Shown piece by piece: positions 1-8,468 of a DNA stretch of 38,104 nt. Position numbers and translations under genes: made by a program. Each line of letters opens with the position of its first letter. Position 1 is the stretch's first letter. Source of the DNA: Chitinophagaceae bacterium (lineage in GTDB: Bacteria; Bacteroidota; Bacteroidia; Chitinophagales; Chitinophagaceae); the NCBI GenBank assembly GCA_014379785.1, contig JACMLD010000299.1, forward strand, positions 1 to 38,104, given 5' to 3'. Below the pieces are notes generated by a model. That model was not told where the DNA came from. It did no database searches and saw nothing but the letters and a program-made list of their open reading frames with translations.

Positions 1-1
1 C

Positions 2-295
2 GGAGGAAAGGATAAAGTGTTCATATCTTCGGCAGACTGGATGGTGAGAAATCTTGATCACCGTGTAGAAGCTACCTGCCCTATCTTTGACGAGGATATT
101 AAGAGCGTCATAAAAAACATTCTGAATATTCAGCTCAACGACAATGTAAAAGCAAGGGTGCTGGACAATGAACTGAATAATTCATACGTAAGAACCAGTG
201 GTAAGAAAATAAGATCGCAGATAGAAATTTATCAATATCTCTACAGCAAAACAAAACAGGCCGCGCCGATATTAGCCGAGCAGACAACCAACTAA
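2..295 (+). CDS. ppk1: polyphosphate kinase 1, C-terminal fragment (5' end lies outside the window)
   Basis: The frame is open from the window edge. GGKDKVFISSADWMVRNLDHRVE... matches the conserved PPK1 C-terminal domain. Stop TAA at 293-295. An exopolyphosphatase gene follows directly. Confidence 0.8.
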   Translation, partial: GGKDKVFISSADWMVRNLDHRVEATCPIFDEDIKSVIKNILNIQLNDNVKARVLDNELNNSYVRTSGKKIRSQIEIYQYLYSKTKQAAPILAEQTTN

Positions 296-305
296 ATTTT
301 AAGAA

Positions 306-1199
306 TTGAGACTTGCAGCGATAGATATAGGAAGTAATGCAGCGCGACTACTGATTTCGGACGTTGTCAGAAAAAAGGAAGGGAACCCTGATTTCAATAA
401 GCTCAACCTCATTCGCGTGCCGCTGCGACTCGGTTTCGACGTTTTTGAAAAGAAAACAATCTCGCCAGAAAAAGAAGAAATGATTGTAAAAACAATCAAA
501 GCATACAAATATCTTATCGATATATACGGAGTGAAATTTGTAAAGGCATGTGCCACTTCGGCCATGCGCGATGCGGATAATTCTCAACGCATCATTGCCC
601 GGGTGAAAGAAGAAACAGGCATCGAGATAAAAGTCATCAGCGGCGATGAAGAAGCTGCTGTTATCTACGAAAATCACATCGTTGAGTCGCTCAATAAAGA
701 CAATTCATATCTCTATATCGATGTAGGCGGAGGAAGTACTGAACTTACTTTCTTCAGCGAAAACCAGATGGTCTTCAAACAATCCTTTAACATCGGCACC
801 ATTCGTATCTTAAAAAATCAGGTAGATGAAAAGCAATGGGAAGACATGAAGAATACGCTCAAAGAGAAAACCAGGGGGTCTAAGGCCATTGTTGCCATTG
901 GGTCCGGAGGCAATATCAATAAGGTCTTTTCGCTTTCAAAGAAAAAAGATGGGAAATCCCTGCCACTGGAATTGCTGAAAGATTATTACAAGGAGTTGGG
1001 CAGCTTCCCGCTTTACGAAAGAATGCGGATCTACAATCTTCGTGAAGATCGCGCTGATGTGATCGTTCCCGCCCTGATGATATATATCAATATCATGCGG
1101 TGGACGGAAGCAAAGGAAATTTTTGTTCCAAAAATCGGACTGGTGGACGGTCTTATACAAACCCTTTTTGAAGAAGTCAACGCCGCGTGGCCTGGATAA
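306..1199 (+). CDS. ppx: exopolyphosphatase (Ppx/GppA family)
   Basis: N-terminus [17 protein letters not shown] is the ASKHA-fold phosphate-1 motif of Ppx/GppA, and DVGGGSTEL is the phosphate-2 motif. The TTG start at 306 is forced by an in-frame TAA at 300-302. Confidence 0.85.
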   Translation: MRLAAIDIGSNAARLLISDVVRKKEGNPDFNKLNLIRVPLRLGFDVFEKKTISPEKEEMIVKTIKAYKYLIDIYGVKFVKACATSAMRDADNSQRIIARVKEETGIEIKVISGDEEAAVIYENHIVESLNKDNSYLYIDVGGGSTELTFFSENQMVFKQSFNIGTIRILKNQVDEKQWEDMKNTLKEKTRGSKAIVAIGSGGNINKVFSLSKKKDGKSLPLELLKDYYKELGSFPLYERMRIYNLREDRADVIVPALMIYINIMRWTEAKEIFVPKIGLVDGLIQTLFEEVNAAWPG

Positions 1200-1210
1200 A
1201 AAACAGCATC

Positions 1211-2026
1211 ATGTCTATACACAAAGACGTAAAGAAAATCACGACCAATACATTGCAGAAAATGAAGACTGCAAAGGAAAAAATTGCGATGATCACCGCT
1301 TATGATTATTCCTTTGCCGGTTTGTTTGACGCGGCAGGAATTGATATTATTCTGGTGGGCGACTCTGCCTCTAACGTGATGGCCGGGCACGAGACCACCC
1401 TCCCCATCACGCTTGACCAGATGATATACCATGCATCTTCTGTCGTGCGCGGAGTAAACAGATCACTCGTCGTGGTAGATCTGCCTTTCGGTTCTTACCA
1501 GGGCAATTCAAAAGAGGCGTTGATATCCACTATCCGCATCATGAAAGAAACCGGTGCCCACGCCATCAAACTTGAGGGCGGTGAAGAAGTGACGGATTCT
1601 ATCAAACGAATTGTGTATGCCGGCGTGCCGGTGATGGGTCATCTTGGACTTACACCGCAATCGATATACAAATTCGGCACATACACCGTAAGAGCAAAAG
1701 AAGAAGAAGAGGCCGAAAAACTTAAAAAGGATGCTTTGCTTCTGCAGGAGGCGGGATGTTTTGGAATTGTACTCGAGAAAATACCTGCACTGCTTGCTAA
1801 AGAAGTATCCGAAAGCCTTTCCATCCCAACCATTGGCATTGGCGCCGGCATGCATTGTGACGGACAGGTGCTGGTCATGCACGATATGCTGGGCATTACG
1901 ACTGAATTCAAGCCCAGATTTCTGCGCCAGTATCTCAACATTCACGAACAGGCAACGGCGGCTGTGCAGCATTATATCAGAGATGTAAAAGGAGGCGATT
2001 TCCCGGGAGAGCACGAACAGTATTAA
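1211..2026 (+). CDS. panB: 3-methyl-2-oxobutanoate hydroxymethyltransferase
   Basis: [47 protein letters not shown] and KLEGG are PanB signatures. I prefer the ATG at 1211 to the GTG at 1187, which would overlap the ppx stop. Confidence 0.9.
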   Translation: MSIHKDVKKITTNTLQKMKTAKEKIAMITAYDYSFAGLFDAAGIDIILVGDSASNVMAGHETTLPITLDQMIYHASSVVRGVNRSLVVVDLPFGSYQGNSKEALISTIRIMKETGAHAIKLEGGEEVTDSIKRIVYAGVPVMGHLGLTPQSIYKFGTYTVRAKEEEEAEKLKKDALLLQEAGCFGIVLEKIPALLAKEVSESLSIPTIGIGAGMHCDGQVLVMHDMLGITTEFKPRFLRQYLNIHEQATAAVQHYIRDVKGGDFPGEHEQY

Positions 2027-2880
2027 TTCTTAACGGATGCGATCGTCATGACCGGTATGCGTGACCGGGTGGCGATAAAACGGGAAAACAAACGGTTTGT
2101 AAAGCCTGACAACACAGATTCCTGGCCGGGGTTCACCACAATCAGATCCGCATTCACATTCTTGGCATACTGAAGGGTGAGATCGGCAATATTTCCTTCG
2201 GCGAAGGTCCTGCATTCAACCTGCACCTCTATATTATCACGTATCAGTTTATATGCTTTCACCAGGTGGATATTCGGAGCCGACTCATGCCCATGTACCT
2301 GTTGAACAGTTGCTATCAGATGCAGTTTGCTTTTATATTTTTTTGCGAGGTAGGTAGCGAACATGAGTTTTCTTACCGGCAAAAATTCCCCTACCGGCAA
2401 TACGATATTCGTTACACGATCAAGGTTCACTTCAGTTTGCACGGTCAATAACGGGCAGCGGATTTTTTTTGAAAGCCTGTTGATATTTACATCCCGGAAC
2501 CATCCGTTGAAAAAGCTTTTTCTGACCTTGCTGAATATGACCAGGTCGATTTGATTCTTTATTGAATAAAAAACAATGGCACTTTCTACGTTTCCTGATT
2601 GCACAGCAGTATGCATGGACAAAGGAGGTTGCAAATCAAATCTGAACTGCTTTCTCAGTTCCATCATTTTGTTCTCTGCCTGGGCGGCTGCCCGATCATT
2701 TTTCCCAGACCGGGGCACACCATCATCAAAAAAAGGAAGGATCGATTTTGATGGTTCAACATACAGCACATGAATATTGCATTCAAACTGATTCGCAAGT
2801 TCGATAGCCTCGCGCATAGCCGGTTCCGTATTCCTGCTGAAGTCAACAGGAACCAGAAGATTGTTGAAAAGTTTCTTCAT
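2023..2880 (-). CDS. universal stress protein, tandem USP domains
   Basis: 285 aa. N-terminus [23 protein letters not shown] is typical of UspA. A second USP-like half starts around NIVLPVGEF and ends ...ADLIVVNPG.... Confidence 0.75.
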   Translation of the reverse strand: MKKLFNNLLVPVDFSRNTEPAMREAIELANQFECNIHVLYVEPSKSILPFFDDGVPRSGKNDRAAAQAENKMMELRKQFRFDLQPPLSMHTAVQSGNVESAIVFYSIKNQIDLVIFSKVRKSFFNGWFRDVNINRLSKKIRCPLLTVQTEVNLDRVTNIVLPVGEFLPVRKLMFATYLAKKYKSKLHLIATVQQVHGHESAPNIHLVKAYKLIRDNIEVQVECRTFAEGNIADLTLQYAKNVNADLIVVNPGQESVLSGFTNRLFSRFIATRSRIPVMTIASVKN

Positions 2881-2956
2881 GGTGGTAGGTGCTGTCAGAA
2901 AGTTACAATCTTGCTGCTAAACAAGCCCGTACCGGCAATTAAACGTTAATTAAAAG

Positions 2957-4327
2957 CTAGGTGAATCCAAGGAGTGGCGCAAAACTGGGCTCAGAAATGT
3001 GTTTATCGGCCATCAGTGTAAGTAAGTCATCATTTGTACAAAAAGCCACCCCGACACCTGCATTTTTTATGATACAGCGGTCATTCTCACTATCTCCCAC
3101 CACGATGCAATCGCTTACCGCGATTTCCTGCTCCCGGCATATATGAAGCAGTGCATTGGTTTTGCACACATGGTGTTCACAGATGCTTTCACTGCCGCGA
3201 TAGAAATAGGATGGCACCTTTACCTCTCCCGTTGCCCTGCCTTCGAAATAATCGAGCTGATTTGAATAATTAAAATCAGCATCAATTTTATGTTGGACAA
3301 AATTGGTAACCACCTGGTAGGAATCGCTGATGATCCCGACCTTGTAGCCTTTGGATTTAAATTGTCTCACTACTTCATTGATGTCGTCTACCATCGGAAT
3401 TCGGGCGGCCGTTTTAAGGAGGTCCGAGATGGAAAGTCCTTTCAGCAGCAGCGCAATCCTTTTGGTCAGCGTACCGGGATCTTTTTCTTCTGCCCGCAGT
3501 TTCTGTAATTTATCAGTAAACCCATACTCCCATGCGCATTCGTCAATAAATCTGCCCCGGAGGATGGTATTATCCATATCAAAAATCAGCATCTTCTCTT
3601 TTTTTTCAGGATGAATGAGTGCGCCCAGACTACTGGCTATTGCGTGCAGTGTATCTGCCGTGTAACTGGTCACTTTTTCTTTTCGGTGTTGGGTCGCTTT
3701 TGCCACGATAGCTTTTGCCACTTCGAGGCTCATCTTTGGCAGTGCGTGCCATGGCTTGCTTTTATTCTCCAGATATCCGATTTCGACTTCCTTTATCCGC
3801 GCCTGCATGAGATACATGTCGATGAGTATGCCAATATCAACACCGTAGTCATTGAAAAAATCAATTTTCTGGAAGAATTTTTTTCTTCCGGCGATCATAC
3901 CACTCAGCGGCTGTGAGAAAAAAAGCAGATCAGGATAAAATATCGCCAGCAGTGGCTTTGCCATTATTTCGGTCACACGACCGGCGTTGCGAGTGAAATT
4001 GGCTTTGATAAAGTCAAATTCGCCGCTGATGATGGGCCTCGTGAGTAGCGGTATGGTTGATTTTGGATAGGGGTCGATATCAGCATCCAGAAATACAAGA
4101 ATTTCATTTTTCGCTGCTGCTACTCCTTCAGCCATCGAGATACCTTTTCCGGGCTTTGCGCTTGTCAATACCGTTGCACCGGCTTTTGCCGCTATCGAGG
4201 CTGTATTGTCTGTAGAATTGTCATCTATTACGATGATTTCGGAAACGTGAGAAAACTGCTGACAATATCTTATCACATTGGCAATTGTCAGTTCCTCATT
4301 CAGAGCTGGAACTATAACTGATATCAT
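2957..4327 (-). CDS. fusion protein: glucosyl-3-phosphoglycerate synthase-like glycosyltransferase (GT2/GT81) plus C-terminal HAD-IB phosphatase
   Basis: N-terminal half: ISVIVPALNEE...IIVIDDNSTDNT...FLDADID...GRVTEIMAKPLL...QPLSGMIAGR...YGVDIGILIDMY, a GpgS-like motif series. C-terminal half carries HAD motifs I FDMDNT, II ISDSY, III CKTN and IV GDSENDR. ATG at 4327; an alternative TTG lies at 4333. Confidence 0.7.
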   Translation of the reverse strand: MISVIVPALNEELTIANVIRYCQQFSHVSEIIVIDDNSTDNTASIAAKAGATVLTSAKPGKGISMAEGVAAAKNEILVFLDADIDPYPKSTIPLLTRPIISGEFDFIKANFTRNAGRVTEIMAKPLLAIFYPDLLFFSQPLSGMIAGRKKFFQKIDFFNDYGVDIGILIDMYLMQARIKEVEIGYLENKSKPWHALPKMSLEVAKAIVAKATQHRKEKVTSYTADTLHAIASSLGALIHPEKKEKMLIFDMDNTILRGRFIDECAWEYGFTDKLQKLRAEEKDPGTLTKRIALLLKGLSISDLLKTAARIPMVDDINEVVRQFKSKGYKVGIISDSYQVVTNFVQHKIDADFNYSNQLDYFEGRATGEVKVPSYFYRGSESICEHHVCKTNALLHICREQEIAVSDCIVVGDSENDRCIIKNAGVGVAFCTNDDLLTLMADKHISEPSFAPLLGFT

Positions 4328-4428
4328 AGGCAATGTTGTTTTAAAAGGATAGGTACACGATACCTAACAAATATCATACGTAATGCTAAAAATGTGGATA
4401 ACACATTAGGGTAAAGGTCCACCCGCGG

Positions 4429-4460
4429 GGTTAAGTGAGGGTTAAGTGGGGGTTAAAATC
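4429..4460. repeat. short 11-nt tandem repeat (GGTTAAGTGAG / GGTTAAGTGGG / GGTTAAAATC)
   Basis: Read directly from the sequence: about 2.6 imperfect copies lying next to the long hairpin. Confidence 0.5.
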
Positions 4461-4472
4461 ACGTGAAAATTA

Positions 4473-4549
4473 GAAAATTGGCAAATTAGTAAATGAGCAA
4501 ATGCGCGGGAATCTCCGTCATCTGCTCATTTACTAATTTTCCAATTTGC
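4473..4549. repeat. long AT-rich imperfect palindrome (77 nt) just 3' of the histidine kinase gene; possible terminator or stabiliser hairpin
   Basis: Arm 4473-4499 (GAAAATTGGCAAATTAGTAAATGAGCA) pairs with 4523-4549 (TGCTCATTTACTAATTTTCCAATTTGC) at 25/27 positions. Pairing can continue inward (4501-4503 with 4519-4521, 4508-4510 with 4514-4516), leaving a loop of only a few nt. Confidence 0.65.
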
Positions 4550-4553
4550 TAAT

Positions 4554-5927
4554 TTACTCATAGTAAGTCATCAGACTCGGCAGCATAATCGTAAACATCG
4601 TGCCGGTTTCGAGATCGGAAGTGACGCGGATGCTGCCTTTGTGGAGACCAATGATACGGCTGGCGAGGGCGAGGCCGAGGCCAAAACCCTTTACTTCGCC
4701 GGAAGTGGATCCGCGATAAAAAGGATGAAAAATATGCTCAATCTCTTCTTCCGCTATTACATCTCCCCTGTTTTTTACTTCGATCAGAATCTGATTCGGA
4801 CTAAAATTCAAGACCACTGCTGACTTTTTATCAGGAGAATATTTACAGCCATTTTCAGTAATGTTTTTCAACGCGCTGTATAACAGATCTGCATTTCCAT
4901 AGGCCAGGCAATCCTTTTCTTCAACAGGCATCTCTCCAATTTCAAGTTCAACCTGATATGCGGCATTCAGTTTTTTCACATCAGAAACAACTTTGAATAT
5001 TATTTCATCAATCCTCACCTCATTCAATTCAATACTTCCCTGGTAACCTGTTTTGGCAATCTCGAGCAAACTTTTTGTCAACTGCCTCATCTGCTCAACA
5101 TCTTCCTGAATAGAAACCAGCACCTTCCGATATTCTACACTGTCGCGATCCCGATGCAATGTCACCTGCAGCTGGCTCGAAATGGATGTGAGCGGCGTAG
5201 ACAGTTCATGCGAAGCGTTGGATATAAACCTTCGCTGCAGCGTAAACGATTCCTGTAGCCTGTTCAGCAAATCATTGAAAGTATTTGAAAGCCGGTAGAG
5301 TTCATCCTGGTTGTCCCCGGTGTAAATTCTGTGCGATAAATTGCTCGATGAAATCTCATTCACCTCTCCAATGATGCGGTTGATGGGCCTTACCAGCTGG
5401 GACGAAAAAAGAAAGCCCACGAGCAAAGTACTAAAAACGCCCGCCAGTAAGCTGAAAAATAAGATTTTACCGAGTTCACTTATTCTCGCCTTCCCATCCT
5501 GATCATCGCCACCAAAGAAAACAAGAAAAGGTTGGGAAGCATCCTTGTAAAAAATACCCGCAACAACAAATTCGCCGGCACTATAAACCTTTTCACCTGC
5601 CCCATGTATCTCTTCAATAGTGGCACTGTCAATCGGAATCCGAATCATACCCGGAGCAAAGAATTCATAAAGCGGTTGTCCGTCTACGTTATAGATTGCC
5701 ACAAAACGTTTTGGAATGATGCCGCTGCTGCTGCTGTCAACGGTCCTTAACACCGAGCCCATCAAAGAATACATCCTGGCGCGACTTTCCGCAGCGCCTT
5801 TGAGACGCTTCTTAAAACTATCCTGCCGGTTTCGCTCAGAGAAATAATAAATTGAATAGCTAAGCAGGGAGAGAATGCCCGTTACGAGAATGGTAAAAAG
5901 CAGGGTTATCTTGAAACGAATATTCAT
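4554..5927 (-). CDS. sensor histidine kinase (TM-HAMP-HisKA-HATPase_c)
   Basis: N-terminal TM helix and a second TM helix before a HAMP-like segment. H-box FISNASHELSTPLTS. N, G1 and G2 boxes: NITENGCKYS, VKNRGDVI, GFGLGLAL. Abuts the response regulator gene (stop/start at 5928/5927). Confidence 0.88.
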   Translation of the reverse strand: MNIRFKITLLFTILVTGILSLLSYSIYYFSERNRQDSFKKRLKGAAESRARMYSLMGSVLRTVDSSSSGIIPKRFVAIYNVDGQPLYEFFAPGMIRIPIDSATIEEIHGAGEKVYSAGEFVVAGIFYKDASQPFLVFFGGDDQDGKARISELGKILFFSLLAGVFSTLLVGFLFSSQLVRPINRIIGEVNEISSSNLSHRIYTGDNQDELYRLSNTFNDLLNRLQESFTLQRRFISNASHELSTPLTSISSQLQVTLHRDRDSVEYRKVLVSIQEDVEQMRQLTKSLLEIAKTGYQGSIELNEVRIDEIIFKVVSDVKKLNAAYQVELEIGEMPVEEKDCLAYGNADLLYSALKNITENGCKYSPDKKSAVVLNFSPNQILIEVKNRGDVIAEEEIEHIFHPFYRGSTSGEVKGFGLGLALASRIIGLHKGSIRVTSDLETGTMFTIMLPSLMTYYE

Positions 5928-6617
5928 CTACAGTTCTTTCAGGATATAACCCATGCCGACCTGGGTATGGATGAGCTTATTGGGAAAATCCCTGTCAAGT
6001 TTTTTCCGCAGAAAAGTTACATACACATCAATTACGTTTGTCTTGGTATCAAAATCAATGTCCCACACATTCAGCGCGATGTCCGCACGGGAGACGACCC
6101 GACCCTTGTTTTTGACCAGGTACTCGAGCAGCTGAAATTCTTTTGCTGTAAGGGTAATTGACTTGCCATCACGAATGACTTCCTTGCTATCGAGATTCAT
6201 GGACAGGTCGCCAATCTGCAATGTATTTCCTGCCGGCACCACCTGTCTCAGCCTTTTCATCAAAGCTCTTATCCGCACGAGCAATTCCTTAAAGTCAAAA
6301 GGCTTTACTACGTAATCATCTGCTCCGGCATCAAACCCTTCTATCTTGTCATCGAGCGCGCTGAGTGCGGTAAGCATGATAACGGGTACCTGTTCGTTCT
6401 GAGCTCTGATCTCTTTACACAAATCATAGCCATTCATTCCCGGCAGATTCACATCGAGGATCACAAGATCGAAACTGCCTGTCTGAAATAATTTCTTCCC
6501 CATAAGACCATCATATGCAACTTCCACATGATAGGTGTTTTCCTCAAGACCCTTTTTTAAAGAATCCGCTATTTTTCTCTCATCTTCTACCAATAATATT
6601 TTTATATCCTCGAGCAT
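5928..6617 (-). CDS. OmpR/PhoB-family DNA-binding response regulator
   Basis: MLEDIKILLVEDERKIADSL...DLVILDVNLPGMNG is a receiver domain. LTAKEFQLLEYL...VDVYVTFLRKKL is a winged-helix domain. I chose the ATG at 6617; the longer tracked ORF (to 6713) would overlap the ClC gene. Confidence 0.9.
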   Translation of the reverse strand: MLEDIKILLVEDERKIADSLKKGLEENTYHVEVAYDGLMGKKLFQTGSFDLVILDVNLPGMNGYDLCKEIRAQNEQVPVIMLTALSALDDKIEGFDAGADDYVVKPFDFKELLVRIRALMKRLRQVVPAGNTLQIGDLSMNLDSKEVIRDGKSITLTAKEFQLLEYLVKNKGRVVSRADIALNVWDIDFDTKTNVIDVYVTFLRKKLDRDFPNKLIHTQVGMGYILKEL

Positions 6618-6645
6618 AACCCTTAGTTTATGAAGTGAAGTTAAA

Positions 6646-8415
6646 TCAAAATATCTCTTTCTCCTGTCCGAGAATTTCTCTGTACTTATTAAAAACACGT
6701 GTTTTGGAAACAAATCCTTTGAACACTTTTTTCCTCGTGAGCACAGGCAGATACCAGCTTCCGGACAGGTCGAGACGTTTCATCACATTATTCATGTCCT
6801 CGTCGTCATAAATCACTCCTGCTGCTTTTTTATAGAGCTGGCGGATTTTTATCTGATCAAAACGTTCGGGCATGAACAATTCTTTTTTAATATCATTCAA
6901 TTCAATGATGCCTACAAATCTTTCATCGTTATCGTGCACGGCAAAAATATTGCGATCACTTTGCTGTATGATTTTTGAAAGTTCGTGCATGCTGGCATTG
7001 ATGCTGACCGACTCATACTTGTCCTGCAGCAATTCTGACAAAGACATAGACGCAAGCATGTTTTCTTCCTTTTTATGCGTGAAAATCTGTCCTTCCAAAG
7101 CAAGCTGTTTGGTGTCCATACTATAGGGCTCGTAGTGTCTGACAATAAAGTAGGAAATCGAAGACACTATCATCAAAGGAATAAATAAACCATAGCCATT
7201 TGTAATTTCTGCAATAAGAAAAATCGCAGTGAGCGGGCAATACATAACCCCACTCAACAAACCTGCCATACCAACCAGACTAAAATTTCCTTCCGGCAAC
7301 AGGTACCATTTCTGCATCGTATTTCCCAGCCGCGAAAAGAAAAATCCCAGGTATGAACCAGCAAATAGCGAAGGCGCAAAATTTCCTCCGTTCCCTCCGC
7401 TGCCGATTGTGATAGCAGCCGCGAGTGGTTTCAGAAGAAAGACCGCACCCGTAAACAACAGCAGCTTCCAATTCTCATTCATTCTCGCAGACAGCGTTTC
7501 TCCATCGGTCTCGGGTCCAGGCAATCCGTTGGCAAGCACTTTCACGGTTTCATAACCTTCGCCAAAAAGGGGCGGCAACAAATAACAGATACCTACAAGC
7601 AATAATCCTCCAACCCCCGCTTTCAGGTAGGGATTTATTTGAAATTGTTGAATAGTATGTTCTGTCTTCTTGAAAACTCTTGCATAATAGAGCGAAACAA
7701 AGCCGCAGGCCACGCCAAGCAGAATATAGAAAGGAACATTGTAGTAGTTGAAATTTTGTTTGAGAACAAAATTGAACAAAATCGACTCCTCCAAAATAAT
7801 CCTGGAACACAAAGCGCCTGTTACTGCTGATATGATAAGCGGAATAAAATAACTTACACCCGTCTCGGCAAGCAACACCTCCATCGCGAAAATCACTCCT
7901 GCAACCGGCGCATTAAAAACAGCAGCGATACCAGCCGCAGCTCCGCATGCAATCAGCAAACTTCTTTCCTGGTAGTTGAAATCATTTATCCTGGCAATAT
8001 TGCTCCCTACCGCAGCACCGGTGGCAACAATAGGTGCTTCAAGTCCAACAGACCCACCCAGTCCCACTGTAAACGCGCTGGTGACAACATGAGAATAGGT
8101 GTGGCTTACCGGTATGAAAGAAGATTTCCGGGCGACGGCTTTTAAAACCATTGCTATTCCTCTCTCGAGATGCCCCCGGAAAAAATGTCTGACCATGAAA
8201 ACGGAAACCAGGAGTCCCGCTATGAGAAAAAAGATAGCATATGGAAAGCCGCCAACCCACTGCTGCAGGTAATGCACCAGCGTCTTTAATATTACAGAAA
8301 GCAGCCCTGACACCATGCCTACAAAGATTGACATCAGCACGAGATACTGCACCCGGTTGAGCCGGATTCGCAACCCTGCCACAACGGATTGATAGAATTC
8401 CCGCAGATAATTCAT
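6646..8415 (-). CDS. ClC-family chloride channel/antiporter with C-terminal CBS pair
   Basis: ClC motifs GGSVGLEAPIV (equivalent to GREGP), GGNFAPSL (GxFxP) and EITNGYGL (conserved Tyr). About 150 C-terminal residues have CBS-like repeats. Confidence 0.85.
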   Translation of the reverse strand: MNYLREFYQSVVAGLRIRLNRVQYLVLMSIFVGMVSGLLSVILKTLVHYLQQWVGGFPYAIFFLIAGLLVSVFMVRHFFRGHLERGIAMVLKAVARKSSFIPVSHTYSHVVTSAFTVGLGGSVGLEAPIVATGAAVGSNIARINDFNYQERSLLIACGAAAGIAAVFNAPVAGVIFAMEVLLAETGVSYFIPLIISAVTGALCSRIILEESILFNFVLKQNFNYYNVPFYILLGVACGFVSLYYARVFKKTEHTIQQFQINPYLKAGVGGLLLVGICYLLPPLFGEGYETVKVLANGLPGPETDGETLSARMNENWKLLLFTGAVFLLKPLAAAITIGSGGNGGNFAPSLFAGSYLGFFFSRLGNTMQKWYLLPEGNFSLVGMAGLLSGVMYCPLTAIFLIAEITNGYGLFIPLMIVSSISYFIVRHYEPYSMDTKQLALEGQIFTHKKEENMLASMSLSELLQDKYESVSINASMHELSKIIQQSDRNIFAVHDNDERFVGIIELNDIKKELFMPERFDQIKIRQLYKKAAGVIYDDEDMNNVMKRLDLSGSWYLPVLTRKKVFKGFVSKTRVFNKYREILGQEKEIF

Positions 8416-8419
8416 TTCA

Positions 8420-8427
8420 CAAAGTTA
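8420..8427 (-). promoter_or_regulatory. candidate Bacteroidota -7 box TAACTTTG (consensus TAnnTTTG) for the ClC gene
   Basis: Perfect consensus match on the minus strand, with only 4 nt between the box and the ATG at 8415. A TTG lies 18 nt upstream of the box. Confidence 0.35.
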
Positions 8428-8468
8428 TCTTTATTACATTCAATCCAACTTCATACAAAACTGCTGCC

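Noticed and set aside
4429-4460. Possible mini CRISPR or other array, suggested by the GGTTAAGTG tandem repeat.
   Set aside because: It has only about 2.6 contiguous 11-nt units with no spacers, and there are no cas genes in the window.
5928-6713. The 261-aa version of the response regulator, which overlaps the ClC 3' end by 68 nt.
   Set aside because: The first 32 residues have no receiver-domain similarity. The ATG at 6617 gives the canonical MLEDIKILLVEDE start and no overlap.
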